A stretch of DNA of 64,000 nucleotides from Vicugna vicugna (GCA_013265495.1 MU057801.1:310001-374000), one strand, 5' to 3'. Shown: positions 38,454-51,990, numbered from the stretch's first letter. The notes: generated by a model from the sequence alone, not told the origin. A program made the numbers and translations.

Positions 38454-38830
38454 ATAGAAAAGAAGCAGGATGCTACAAAAATGAGAAACTCATGACTAGA
38501 AAGGTGATAACTGCCATGAATTACAAACAGAATAAACACAAAATTGTAAAAGGAGACATCTAAATCATTAAGAGTGGGAGAGGGGAGCAAGGAAATATAC
38601 AGTTTTTTCTTTAAAAATTTTTTTTGTTCTCCATGGGGTAGGTTTGAGATTATATTACTATCTGTTTAATACAAACAGTTATAGTAATGGGTTAAGAGAC
38701 TTACAAAAAAGGGTAACCACAAGCCAAAAACTTACAAGTGAATCACAAAAACTAAATAAAATCCAAGATAATACAAAGGAAAATTACCAAACCACAAAAG
38801 GAAGAAGAAAGGAACAAAGAGGAAATACCA

Positions 38831-39260
38831 AATCAACTGCAAAAATAAGTTCAAAATGGCAATAAACACACATCTATCATTAATTACTGTAAAAGTTAAT
38901 GAACTAAATGCTCCAAAGACGTAGACTGGCAGACTGGATAATAAAGTAAGAACCTTCAATATGCTGCATACAGGAGACCCACTTTAGGGAGAAGGACACA
39001 TATAGGTTGAGAGTGAAAGGATGGAAAAGTATATTCCATGCAAATAATCAACTGCAAAAATAAGTTCAAAATGGCAATAAACACACATCTATCATTAATT
39101 ACTGTAAAAGTTAATGGACTAAATGCTCCAAAGACGTAGACTGGCAGACTGGATAATAAAGCAAGAACCTTCAATATGCTGCATACAGGAGACCCACTTT
39201 AGGGAGAAGGACACATATAGGTTGAGAGTGAAAGGATGGAAAAGTATATTCCATGCAAAT
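38831..39260 (+). repeat. 215-bp tandem duplication inside the L1 (38831-39045 / 39046-39260)
   Basis: Two copies from aatcaactgcaaaaataag to ttccatgcaaat; two substitutions seen by eye. Confidence 0.95.
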
Positions 39261-42200
39261 GGAAAAGCAAAAAAAGCAAGTGTCACAGTACTGATTTCAG
39301 ACAAAATAGACTTTAAAACAAAGGCCATAAAAAAAGATACAGAAGGACATTTTATAATGATTAAAGGAGTAATACAAGATGAGGATATTACACTTGTTAA
39401 TATATATGCACCCAATATAGGAGCACCTAAGTACATAAAACAATTACTAACAGAGATAAAGGGAGAAATTGATTGGAATACAATCATTGTTGGAGATTTT
39501 AACACCACATTAACATCAATAGACAGATCTTCCAGACAGAAAATAAATAAGGCAACAGAGAAATTAAATGGTACAATAGAAAAATTAGACTTGGTGGATA
39601 TTTTCAGAGCACTACCCCCCCCCAATAGGATATACATTCTTTTCAGGGGCACATGGAACATTTTGTAGGATTGATCATGTACTTGGGCACAAAAGAATCC
39701 TCAACAATTTTAAGAAGATAGAAATTATCTCAAGCATCTTTACTGACCACAATGTCATGAAACTAGAAATCAACAACAGAGAAACAAAGGAGGAAGTAAA
39801 GGAACGCATGGAGATTAAACAATATGTTATTAAAAAAAAAAATGGGTCAATGATGAAATCAAAGTTGAAATTAAAAAATACCTTGAGACAAATGAAAACA
39901 CAACCACACAAAATTTATGGGACACAACAAAGGCAGTGCTAAGAGGGAAGTTTATAGCGAAACAGGCCTTCCTCAAAAAAGAAGAACAATCTCAACTAAA
40001 CAATCTAACCCACCAGCTAAAAGAATTAGAAAAAGAAGAGCAAAAAACCCCAAAAGGCAGCAGAAGGAAGGAAATAATAAAGATCAGGGAGGAAATAAAT
40101 AAAATAGAGATTAAAAAAAAAAAGGAAAAAATCAATGAAACCAAAAGCTGGTTTTTTGAAAGAGTAAATCCACAAACCTCTGGCCAAACTCACAAAGAAG
40201 AAAAAAGAGAGAGCACAAATAAGCAAAATAAGAAAGGAAAATGGAAAAATTACAACAAATAACATAGAAATAGAGACTATCATATGAGAATATTATAAAA
40301 CTATATGGAACCAAAATGGATAACCTAGAGGAGGTGGACAAATTTCTGGAAACATACAGTCCACCAAGACAATCAAGAAGAAACTGAGCACTTGAACAAA
40401 CCGATCACTAGAAATGAAATTGAATTAGCAATAAAAAACCTCGCTACAAATAAAAGTCCAGGAGTGGATGGCTTCACCGGGGAATTCTACCAAACATACA
40501 AAGAAGAACTCATACCAGTCCTTCTCAAACTCTTCCAGAAGAATGAATAGGAGGGAATACTCCCAAACTCATTCTATGAAGCCACCATCACCCTGATACC
40601 AAAACCAGGCAAAGATACCACCAAAAAAGAGAATTACAGACCAATATCACTGATGAACATAGATGCAAAAATCCTCACCAAAATATTAGCAAATAGAATC
40701 CAACAGCACATAAAAAAGACTATACATCATGACCAAGTGAGGTTCATCCCAGGGACACAAGGGTGGTTCAACATACGCAAATCAATCAGTGTAATGCACC
40801 ACATCAACAAGAGAAAGGACAAAAACCACATGATCATCTCAATGGATGCAGAAAAAGCATTTGATAAAATTCAACACTCATTTAGGATAAAAACTCTCAC
40901 CAAAGTGGGTATAGAGGGAACATATCTCAACATAATAAAAGCTATATATGACAAACCTACAGCCAGCATAGTACTCAACAGTGGAAAACTCAAAAGCTTC
41001 CCACTAAAGTCTGGGACAAGACAAGGCTGCCCACTATCACCACTCCTATTCAACATAGTCTTGGAAGTCTTAGCCACAGCAATCAGGCAGGAAAGAGACA
41101 TAAAGGGGATCCAAATTGGAAAGGAAGAGGTAAAATTGTCACTGTATGTAGATGACATGATACTATATATAGAAAACCCTAAAAGGTCCACATGAAAACT
41201 ACTAGCACTAATTGAAGAATTCAGCAAGGTTGCAGGTCACAAGATTAACGTTCAAAAATCAGTTGCATTTCTTTACACTAATGATGAATCAACGGGAAAA
41301 GAAAGTAAGGAAACAATCCCCTTTAAAATAGCACCCAAAGTCATAAAATACCTAGGAATGAATCTAACCAAGGAGGTGAAAGATTTATACATGGAGAACT
41401 ACAAAACATTGATTAAGGAAATTAAAGAAGACTTTAAAAAAATGGAAAGATATCCCATGCTCCTGGATTGGAAGAATCAATATTGTTAAACTGGTCACAC
41501 TGCCCAAGGCAATCTACAGATGTAATGCAATCCCTATCAAATTACCCAGGACATATTTCACAGAACTAGAACAAATCATAATAAAATTTATATGGAACCA
41601 CAAAAGACCTAGAACTGCCAAAGAATTACTGAAGATAAAGAAAGAGGCTGGAGGAATAACTCTCCTAGACTTCAGACAATACTACAGAGCTACAGTCATC
41701 AAGACAGCATGGTATTGGTACAAAAACAGACATATGGACCAATGGAACAAAATAGAGAGCCCAGAAATGAACCTACAAACTTTTGGTCAACTAATCTTTG
41801 TCAAAGGAGGCAAGAATATACAATGGAATAAAGACAGTCTCTTCAGCAAATGGTGTTGGGAAAACTGGATGGCAGCATGTAAATCAATGAAGCTAGAACA
41901 CTCACTTATACCATACACAAAAATAAACTCAAAATGTATCAAAGACTTAAACATAAGACAACATACAATAAACCTCCTAGAAGAAAATAAAGGCAAAACA
42001 TTATCTGACATACATCTCAAAAATGTTTTCCTAGGGCAGTCTACCCAAGCAATAGAAATAAAAGCAAGAATAAACAAATGGAACCTAATGAAACTTACAA
42101 GCTTCTGCATAGCAAAGGAAACCATAATTAAAACAAAACGACAACCTACAGAATGGGAGAAAATTTTTGCAAAAGATGAAATGGACAAAGGCTTGATCTC

Positions 42201-42870
42201 CAGAATATATAAGCAGCTCATACGACTTAATAAGAAAAAAACAAACAACCCAATCCAAAAATGGGCAAAAGACCTAAACAAGCAATTCTCCAAGGAAGAA
42301 ATACAAATGATCAATAGGCCCATGAAAAAATGCTCAATATCACTAATTATCAGAGAAATGGCAAATCAAAACTACAATGAGGTATCACCTCACACCAGTC
42401 AGAATGGCCATCATTCAAAAGTCCACAAATGACAAATGCTGGAGAGGCTGTGGAGAAAGGGAACCCTCCTTCACTGCTGGTGGGAATGCAGTTGGGTGCA
42501 GCCACTGTGGAAAACAGTATGGAGATTCCTCAAAAGACTAGGAATAGACTTACCATATGACCCAGGAATCCCGCTCCTGGGCATATATCGAGAAGGAACC
42601 CTACTTCAGGATGACACCTGCACCCCAATGTTCATAGCAGCACTAGTTACAATAGCCAAGACATGGAAACAGCCTAAATGTCCATCAACAGGTGACTGGA
42701 TAAAGAAGAGGTGGTATATTTATACAATGGAATACTACTCAGCCATAAAAACCGACAACATAATGCCATTTGCAGCAGCATGGATGTTCCTGGAGAATGT
42801 CATTCTGAGTGAAGTAAGCCAGAAAGAGAAAGAGAAATACTGTATGAGATCGCTCATATGTGGAATCTAA
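38856..42870 (+). pseudogene. L1 ORF2p (endonuclease/reverse transcriptase), disrupted, N-terminus duplicated
   Basis: Contains CCIQETHF, NIYAPN, IIVGDFNT (EN), [21 protein letters not shown] and YVDDM (RT), and HCWWEC. Split into several ORFs by stops and frameshifts. Confidence 0.93.
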
Positions 42871-43958
42871 AAAAAAAAACAAAACACAAATACAAAACAG
42901 AAACAGACTCATAGACATAGAATACAAACTTGTAGTTGCAGAGGTGGGGGGTGGGAAGGGACAGACTGGGATTTCAAAATGTAGACTAGATAAACAGGAT
43001 TATACTGTATAGCACAGGGAAATATATACAGGATCTTATGGTAGCTCACAGTGAAAAAAAGTGACAATATATATATGTTCATGTATAACTGAGAAATTGT
43101 GCTCGACACTGGAATCTGACACAACATTGTAAAATGACTATAACTCAGTGAAAAAATGAAAAAAAAACTTAGGTACGGATATTCACTACAATTGAAGGCA
43201 AAGTAGGTTAGAGCATTTCACTTTACTAATAGCAGGCGGAGCGACACCGTCCTAGTTAGTAATAGCACCCTAATGGCTAGAGAGCAGTCGTTATATGAAT
43301 GCTGCATAGCACGCAGGGCCCATTACAAAGTGCAGATGTGGAACTCCAGCCGTGATGGAGAAGTCGTCTCCCCTTCACTCCAACCCATGGCAGACAGGCA
43401 CCAGCACATACTGAACACCTGGGTGCCGGGTGGGCAAGAGCTCCACGCTGAGCTGCCAGCCGAACACACTGTGGCTCTGCCTGCCCCAGGTGCGGAGGGC
43501 CACCGCCTCGCTCTGATTAGAGACTGACCTCCCCTTGGAGGACCAGGGCTCCAGTGTCCAGGACCCCAGTGTGGGCAGAGCATGGTGGCTGAGCGTGGGC
43601 CTCCCCACACTGATCCACCCCAGTTGTCACCCCTGGCAGCAGCCACGGGGAGATGGGGAGGTGCCGGGATGGGGAACAGATCTGGGAAGACCCGTCATGG
43701 AGGTGATGGTGGGAGGCGGGTACCACGTGTGAGCCGAGGCTCCAAGCCTCGGACACGCTTTGTTGTCCTACTCGACTTCCTGCAAGAACACGAAATCAAA
43801 GATAATATTATCAAGAATTTTAAGACTCATGAAGCCAGCCTGGCCTCAGTGTAATTTATTAATTTCTTAACATACTTAAAAATTTGGGGAAGAATTTAGC
43901 TTTTTGTACAAAGTAAATATGACATAAAGCACGGTGCCATTTTAAATTAAATGAATTT

Positions 43959-44100
43959 TAAAAGTTTATTTATTTATTTATTTAGGTTGGGGAGGTAGTC
44001 CGGTTTATTTACTTATTTTTAGAGGCGGTACTGGGGATGGAACCCAGGGCCTTGTGTGTGCTAAGCTTGTGCTCCACCGCTTGAGCTCTACCCTCCCCCC
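43959..44100 (-). mobile_element. tRNA-Ala-derived SINE
   Basis: Head complement ends ccctccccc; TSD aaattaaatgaattt (43944) / aaactaaatgaattt (44101). Confidence 0.88.
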
Positions 44101-44390
44101 AAACTAAATGAATTTGAAGTGTCACTTCATGTTGTCTGGTTAATGGTAGCATCAGTGACTATTCTTTTTACCTTATTCTTTGTCCTCTTTTAAACATGTG
44201 TTTTCCAGATTTTCTAGAATGAAGAGTTACTGTTGTAATTAATCAAACCCCAGTGTTATATAAAATATCTTATTGGATATTATTTTATGTAAGTGTGATG
44301 TGTTACAGTTCTGTCTGCATTCTGAGCAGCGGGAGAGCACATATTTAAGTACTTTAATCTGAAAAAGAACACGTGTCTCTCATTATCCAG

Positions 44391-44517
44391 GTCCATCACT
44401 ATAAGATTAGCCACTGTCTCGGATACTCCCGGGGTTGAAAAGCTTGTCAGCACCCTCATGCTGAACGAAAGCATATTGGAGGATTTGAAGCAATACAACG
44501 AGGCTCGCAGGGACCCT
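44391..44517 (+). CDS. CFAP61: CFAP61 coding exon (127 nt): (K)SITIRLATVSDTPGVEKLVSTLMLNESILEDLKQYNEARRDP
   Basis: Acceptor tctctcattatccag; donor CCT|GTAAGT. The phase completes AA+G=Lys from the previous exon. Confidence 0.93.
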
Positions 44518-45695
44518 GTAAGTACCTTCTGTGACCAGACCAGCTCCTTTTCCTTTTGCTGTGGGACCAGTATGACCACGTAGGTTCAACCCCAAAGTTT
44601 CCTCGGACCCAGTGGGAGAATTGCAGGGTGGGGAGCAGCAGAGGTGATGGAAGCAAGAAGAAAAGAACAAGGAAAGTGAGGTTTAAGGACGTAGGGCTGT
44701 GCTGCTCACACAGGGGCTGGTCACATACCCCAGGTCCTCACCACGGGGATGGAAAATTTGGACTTGATCCAGGCAAGTGTCACAAAATAAGGTAGATCCC
44801 AGTGGTTGGAACAGGCAAATCTGAGCCAAGTTAGTGAATCTGTGGGTGCCTGTGCCCAGACCACCCCAGCAGAACCCCACTTCAGCCCCTCTGGGTGGTG
44901 AGTCGGCCGACGTGCTTTTGTTGAGCTCAGTCAAGGACTGCGTTGTCTGGGGAAGATCCCGCATGGCAAATGCTGGGTTCTCTCTGGTGCAGTGACTATG
45001 CTGGGCTTCCCCCATAGCAGAGGGCAAGCTAGTTGTGGTCCTTACATCATCACCGCCTTCTTGAGGACCATGCCAGTGGACTTCCCCAGCCATGGAACAA
45101 TGCATGTAGTTATGGACATAGTTACTTTTTGATACATTTTGTTTAAAATGTTTCTAATTGAAGTATAACCAATAGAAAGTTCGATGGATTTCACAATTCG
45201 CATACACCATGTAACGAGCACCTGTTTTGAGAAACGACTAACCCCAGCCACCTTCCCCTCCAGGTAGTTAGTTCCACCTTGACCTCTAAGGTCATAGATG
45301 CCTGTTTTTGAGCCTCATTTCTGACACCAGGCTGCTTCTGCTCAGCAGTGCTTGTGAGATTCGTCCATGTTGTGGCGTAAAGTACTTCGTTACATGAAAG
45401 CACCGCAACTTATTTCTTCCAATGCTGAGGTCGTTTGGGGGAGTTCCCAGCTACGGGCTCTTTTGAATAAACCTTTTAGTTAATTTGTAACTCAAATTAG
45501 AGGCAGACACCGAACACCTAAACGTGGTAAAATGTTTAATGTTTATAAAGGTGTTGGATTACAGTAGAACTTCCCTCCAGCACGTGTTTTTGTTCGTTTG
45601 TTCATTTGTTTGCTTGGGTTTGTCTTAGTCTCTTTGTTTCTTCATTTTTTTGTTCCTTCCCACTTGACTTGCTGACACAGTATGATGCAGGGGCC

Positions 45696-46820
45696 CTGGT
45701 TCTCCAAGTGTGGTCTGAGGAAGCCTAGGGAGTCTCCAAGACATATTCAGGGGTCTGTGAGATCAAAATGATCCTCATGATAGAAGTCGGAAATTATTTT
45801 CCCTTCCTGCTGAATTGATATTCCCACGGATGGTGGGAAAGTCATGGTGGACAAAGCCCCAGGGGCCCTGGAGGGGATCGAGGCAGTGGCACCGCGGAGT
45901 TGTTTGAATTGCACGCTGAACCAGCAGGCTTGTCACAGAATAGCATTTTTACTTGAAAGAACAGCTGGCAGACAAAATACGGTTATTCCATCTTTAGGAG
46001 TTGGCAGACATTTTCTTTAAAATGAAGGAGGTGAGGGTGTCTCTCTAAGAAACCACCTGACAGCATTGGTCCCCTATGATAAAATCTAAACGTGCAAGAA
46101 TAAAAGTAGAATTTTGGAAGGCCAGTACCTGCCACTGTCATTTCGTGATGAAATAGACCAACATTCGGAAAACCTGCATAAGCTCAGTGAACCTGTATTT
46201 CCCAGATAAACAGTGCATGACGTTACACGACCATGCCTAGGTAAAAGCTTCCAAGTGCACAAGACACCAGTGAATTTTATGTTTTTATTTTTTATTTTTA
46301 TTAAGAAATCAATGCATTTTGATATGGTAATATGTACAAAGTTCACCAACATGGTTCCAGATTCCATGCTGAAACTAATCTGTGAAACACTGCCACTTGT
46401 TGAGATCCAGTGTTGCATCAAAGCAGAACATCCGAAATTATCTGAAAAGATTGTTTAAACACTTCTCCCTTTTCCAACTACATATCTTTGTGAAGACAGA
46501 TTTTTTTTGCATATATTTCAACCAAAACAACATATTACAGCAGACTGAACACAGAAGCAGGTATGAGAATCCACTCTGTCTTCCATTAAGACAGACATTA
46601 AAGAGATTTGCAGAAATATAAAGCAATGCTAAAAAAACCCCTGACTTTTCTTTGTAAATATTTTTGTCAAATTAAAAATTTTGTTTTAATTGATAGTCAA
46701 AAATTAAGAAAATAATTAAAAATTTTCTCAGTTGCAATTCCTAATATGGAAAATAATGATGGACGTTACACACAGGACAAAGCTCTTTGCAGTCCCCAGG
46801 GCGCAGGGGTCCTGAAGTCA
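45696..46820 (+). mobile_element. Charlie1-family hAT DNA transposon, internally deleted
   Basis: Starts ctggttctccaagtgtggtc…caggggtctgtgagatcaaaa; internal Charlie1 motifs ttggcagacattttct and agacattaaagagatttgc. Confidence 0.8.
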
Positions 46821-46854
46821 CAGCATGTGGTGCTGGAGCAGACAGATTCCCAGG

Positions 46855-47005
46855 CAGAGGGCTGTGGTTTGAATCAACAGATCCATCCCTTACTGGCTGG
46901 GGATCCTGGCAGGTGAGCCTGCCAAGCCTCATTTTCTGGTAAATGAAGTAGAGAGAATGACAATACTTATCTCACAGGGTAGCAGTGAGGGTCAGATGAG
47001 CGCAG
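46855..47005 (+). mobile_element. MIR SINE, diverged
   Basis: ggtttgaatc…aagcctcattttctggtaaatg…tacttatctcacaggg…gtgagggtcagatgag. Confidence 0.6.
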
Positions 47006-47166
47006 GGAGGGTGTTCAGCCTGTGACCTGGCCCAAAGGTAAGTGGCGATGGATGTTGGCTTTCCCGTTGTCCTTAAGTGATCCTGGCGGACACCCTTTAC
47101 TGATGCTTCCGGAAGTAGCAACAGCGATAGTTTTAAGGGCTTTGCGATCTCCGCTTCTCTTCTCAG

Positions 47167-47244
47167 GACGGGACGCCCCTGCAGGTGTTTGTGGCCGAAG
47201 TTGCAGAGCAAGTGGCGGGCGTCGCGGTGATCAGAGATGAAATG
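47167..47244 (+). CDS. CFAP61: CFAP61 coding exon (78 nt): DGTPLQVFVAEVAEQVAGVAVIRDEM
   Basis: Acceptor cttctcttctcag; donor ATG|GTAACT; matches recalled DGTLLQAFVAEVAEQIVGIAVIRNEM. Confidence 0.93.
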
Positions 47245-50169
47245 GTAACTTCTTTTCTTGAGTGTGCCTTTCAGCATCGTGAGTTACCACACGATGCCTC
47301 TTTTGAGGTTTTGTTTTTACTTATTTAATATGAATGTCTCCCTTTTCTGAAGGATACAGGTCTGTTTGCCTCCCGCTTGGCAGCCTGTCAAGTGTAGGGA
47401 TTTTTTTTTTCAGTTCAAAATGTTTAAAATACTACAAAGAGTACATGAAAACATTCACATTCTAAAAATTCGAATAACCCTCCACCACCGGAAAAGTCCC
47501 ACCTCTCTCCCCAAAGAATTACTCCTACTGATAGTTAGGTATTTATTCCTTCCAATATTCCTCCTTGCACTTAATTACATGCATCGTCTATGTGTGCATG
47601 TGCGTGCATGTGTGTGTTCCCAAGAGGACATCCAATTTTAGTTTTTCCCAGTGCACAGCCAATTATTCCAAAGTATTTACCGCTGAGTCATCCCTTCTTT
47701 CCCTGCTGATTTAAAATGCTGCCTTTACATGATGAAGCTTCCTTGTGTCCGTGTCTGTTTTCCCACGATTCTGCTCCGTGGACTTGCTTGTTGATACCTA
47801 TGACGTCATCATGTGCTGTGACGTCTGGTAAGGGAGCCTTCTCTTACTTGTGTTGTTTTTCCCCTGAATTTTTTTGGTTTCACTTGGGCATTTTCTTTTC
47901 CAGATAAACCTTGTCATACTTACTACAAACTTCGAGCCTGCGTAGATTTGGTAGCACAGTTCAGGCAGAACTGAAGATTATAATATTGAAACTTCCCTTC
48001 TAGGAACGTGGCTTGTGGAAGATATCCTTTATCAGGTTAAGGAGGTTCTCTCCCATTTCTGGTTTACCAAAAGGCTTTATTATGAGTGAGTGTTGAATTT
48101 TAGTAAATGTGCTTCAGGCTTATGAGATGTTCACGTGGCTTTATTTCTTTAATGTAGTCAAACTAGCCTCGCTCTTCGATTGATTTCTCTTTTGACTCAA
48201 TGTATCTAAGGAATTCTTAGAGGGCAGAGGTGGGTGGGGCCTCTGGGTCCACACACATATAAGATTTCATTTGTCCTCACTCCTGGATACTCATTCAGCT
48301 GTGACTGGAACTCCTCAGCAAATCATTTGTCATCAGAATGTTGATGTTTTTATCTCATTGCCTCCTAGTATCCAATGTCACAGATGAATGTAAGTAAATG
48401 TATGTTTGTTTGGTTCCTCTCTTGAGAATTAATTTTTTTCTTTTTCTTTCCAAAATTCTTATGAAGGACCTTATGCCTCTGCTGAGCTTGAGAACATCTT
48501 TCTTCCATGATTTCATTTTCTCTGTTCTCTTCTTAAGTGCCTTTCAGATGGAACTGATCCTTCACTGTCTCTTATCTTTCATCTCCTGCTTTTTAATCTC
48601 TTGTCCTGCTTACTCTTCATTCCAGCAGATTTCTTTGACTTTGCCCTCCAGATCCCTAGTGCAGCGTTCGGCCACATCCGCTCTGTGACCCAGGCCTCCC
48701 GTTGGAATTTTGATGTCAGGGTCCGTGTATTTAATTCCAGGTCCCCTCCTTGCTTTCTTATTGTTCCTTTTGTGTAGCAGCTTGCTCCATATGTTTCATG
48801 CAGGATCCTTTTTGGTATCTCTGAGGACACTGAGTAGAGGTTTTAAAAAATTCTCCTCTGTTTGCTGGATGACCTCTGCTTCCTCTGGAGTAAGTCGTAT
48901 GTCTCTCTATTCTGGCCTTTTGCATTTGCCAGTTTTCCTCAAAAGCCTGTCAGTGTCAAGAATGAGGGACTAAGTTATTGGCGTGGCTGGCTGGCTGGCT
49001 GGGGCCTTGACATGTGTGGGTCTGCCCCTCCCCTCTGTCTGATGGGGAGGGAGCGTCCGTTTCTGGCTTCTGCTCATGGTGCTTGGATGGAGGACTGGCC
49101 AGCAGTGGGCAGGGACCTGGAGTGGCCCAAGGTAGGAAGGTTTAACCTAGTGGCAGAAGACGTTGATGTTCCCTTCACAGGGTAAAGCCGTCTTAACCTT
49201 TTGTCCCCATATCTCCCCCACAGTATTTTTAAAATAACTTTTCTTGTTATTTTCAGGGGCGCGGGACTGGGGGAAGGTTGAGGCACATGGCCTGTCACTC
49301 TTTTTGTCCAGTGGCCTTTGTGGCTGGATCTTTGCTTTTGTCTTTCAGTGATTTCTCAGCCCTACACTTACTGCTAGTTCTGTGTTATAATGGGGGTGCT
49401 GCCTTGGTAGGTACAGAAAACTCTTGGGGTTTAGAGGCAGTACAGGGCCAGCGCAGGTGGAGGGTCAGACGGTGCCAGAATTGCCCTGAGTCACGGCCGT
49501 CAGCGTGGTTACCCTGAGCCCCTGTCCCCTGGGCTTTGTGGCAGAAGCTGGAAAGACTAGGGGCCTTGAACAACCCGTTTTTCCCGCCCTTTCTAGCGCC
49601 AGTCTTGTCAGTCACCGCGTAAATCAAATTCCTTGCATCCTCAAGTCCTCTTCTTGAAGGTGTGCACTGAGGACACTTTTACTGTGGAAAGCCAGGGGAA
49701 ATACGAGCAGGTGCTCTCCAACCTGCGTGTGGTTTGATCTTCCCTGCGTGATCAGGTGTGCTTACTGCCTCCGTCATGGGAGAGAGTCGCACTCCCTCTG
49801 GATCCGTCCCTGCGCCATCACGGCGTGCACGGCCAGGAGGCGGGCAGGGTGGGCTGGAGCAGCGCACGGTGCAGTGACGGAGCCCTGCTTCCCTCCCCCG
49901 GGCTGGGCGACGAGAGATGCTGATCAGAATCAGCCCGCAGAAGCGGGGGCGGCGGACCTGATCTTTCCTTTCACAAGTCTGCTCACGGGTCCTTTAAACG
50001 ATCTCCCCCCGTGTGAAATTGTAATACGTCATTATTTTCTTGTTAGGGACTTCGTATTGAAGTTGTATATTTAAATTCATCTCTGTCAAACGCTCTAGAA
50101 TAAAATTATTCATAACTTTAAAAAAATGAAATACCTCGGAGGCATAAAAATGCTTAAAGGATGCTTATG

Positions 50170-50480
50170 GGCGCAGGTTTATTGTAGGCCTGCCAGCCGC
50201 ACGTGCCACGGTGTGTGCCTGTGGAACCGCACGTTTCCACGTTGGCCCGAGAACAGAGGGCAGGAATGAGCCCAGAGACGGGGCGGGGGGGCGGGGGTCT
50301 GCCCGGTGCCGGCCGGCTGGCGCCCCCTCCCGGCCCGCGGCGGTGAGGCCCGCGGTCCGGCGGCCGGCCCCGCGCGGGCGGAGACTCGGCCCTCGGGGTT
50401 TGCGGCGCAGCTGTGAGCAGCCCGGGCCGAAGCGCCGAGCCGCCTCCCAGAAGCAGAGCCACCCAGACGAGCGGCCTTCG
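50170..50480. promoter_or_regulatory. Short CpG-rich island upstream of the 207-nt exon
   Basis: ggggcgggggggcgggg and many CGCG/CCGG motifs in ~300 bp. Confidence 0.55.
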
Positions 50481-50658
50481 AGAAACACAGTCTTTCTAAC
50501 TCACAAAACATTCACAATGAAGACGAGGTAGGAAATAACAGGAGGGAAAAACGCGTTTCTTACTGTGGTGTCCACAGCGATTTTGCAAGGCTGTTTCTCA
50601 GAAAATGCACGCCAGGTGTTTGCAACGTTCTTAGATGCCCTTCTCGCCTCCTGTGCAG

Positions 50659-50865
50659 GACATCGAGTACATACGATCCCATTACAACATTGAAGATTTC
50701 ATCTACTTCAGCCACCACCAGCGCGAGGAGCACGGGCGCCTGTACCACTTTGCCCTGAACCCCGTCTTTCGGCACTACACCAAGTTTTTTCTGAAGGAGA
50801 TCCTCCGCTTAGGGTACAAGTCCTGCCTCTACTACGCTGTGTACCCGCAGGCCAAGGAAGGCAAG
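50659..50865 (+). CDS. CFAP61: CFAP61 coding exon (207 nt): DIEYIRSHYNIEDFIYFSHHQREEHGRLYHFALNPVFRHYTKFFLKEILRLGYKSCLYYAVYPQAKEGK
   Basis: Acceptor ctcctgtgcag; donor AAG|GTAGGA; highly conserved CFAP61 peptide in ORF 50635..50964. Confidence 0.96.
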
Positions 50866-51990
50866 GTAGGAGGCTGTCCCGAGTCACTCTTCCGGCCGAT
50901 GCGCGTCCGCGGTGTCGTTTGTGTTGTTTGCCGTTTTGTTCCTTCCTCCCTGCACGGAGTGTGACGATAACACGGCTTTGAATTTCACACGGCGTGTTGA
51001 GTTTGGCCCTCCATCCTGCCGTGACGATCCAGAAAGCTTTGAATTTCTGAAACGATCACAACCAATATAATTAGTAGAGCAATCTGTTGGCTTTTCCACA
51101 TCAACGAAACAGAGACTGAAAGCTGTGTAAAAACGCTCTAAGGGACCTGGAAATCAGATTATTTCTTACCTGCGTTAGTGAATGCCAAAATGTCCTACCA
51201 TGTCCTGCAGGCAAGGAACATCCTAGAAGTGAACGCATAGAATAAATCAGTTCAGTCCTGAGGACTGGGGTGCCACCACGGTGGTCCAAACAAGCACATA
51301 ACACCCCAGAAAAGTGACGGATAAAAAGTAGGGGATGCGTGGTGCCGATGTAACCTTTATGTGGTAGACACGGCTGTACCTGCGCAGTGCTTGTTACACT
51401 GACTGAGAGCAGTGCTTTGGGACAGACACGTCTGCCGTGTACACGTCCTGCTCACGCACACGCACAGGCTCTTACTTCCGTCTTGCTTTCCTTTCTCCTG
51501 CTTTAGTCTTCTTCATTGCACTTTTCACTAGCTAAAATGGTATCTTTTGCCATGAAGCTAGAGGTCCTCTTCAGAGCTGTATCCCCAATGCCCGAAGCAT
51601 CACACTCGCATGCACACACATGCACGCACATGCACACACACTCACATGCAGGGCTCTGCTGGCTCCACAGGCAGGGGCGTCTTTCGGCTGGATCCTCAAG
51701 GTGTCCTGTCCTGCAAGTTGGTCCTGCCATCACTGACAGTCTTGGTGCTCAGCTTGACGTGGACCTGCAGGTTGATAAGACTGAACTTCTAGACCAGGTA
51801 GAGGTTGTTCCATAAGCTCCTTTTCGTGACTGAAACGACTCTCAGCCTCTGCCTACAGTCTGAGATTGTCACGTTTCTTAGTTACCACTGAGAGCCAAGT
51901 GGACTTTTGCAATGATTCTAATCATGAAACTTAAAAACAATCTAAGGAATATTAGTGCATACACATAACAGCAATTTTACCAATATATCT

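Larger units (their letters stand above)
35801..43163 (+). mobile_element. Full-length LINE-1 (~7.4 kb), inactivated, sense to CFAP61
   Basis: Has a GC-rich 5'UTR starting gagaggccaaggtggcggag, ORF1, ORF2 (EN, RT, C-terminal), 3'UTR and A tail. TSD aaaacttaggcatgg (35786-35800) / aaaacttaggtacgg (43164-43178), preceded by TT (TT/AAAA endonuclease site). Confidence 0.97.

Noticed and set aside
37550..42870. Active retrotransposon or novel reverse-transcriptase system
   Set aside because: Standard L1 architecture with multiple stops and frameshifts in both ORFs; not retrotransposition-competent.
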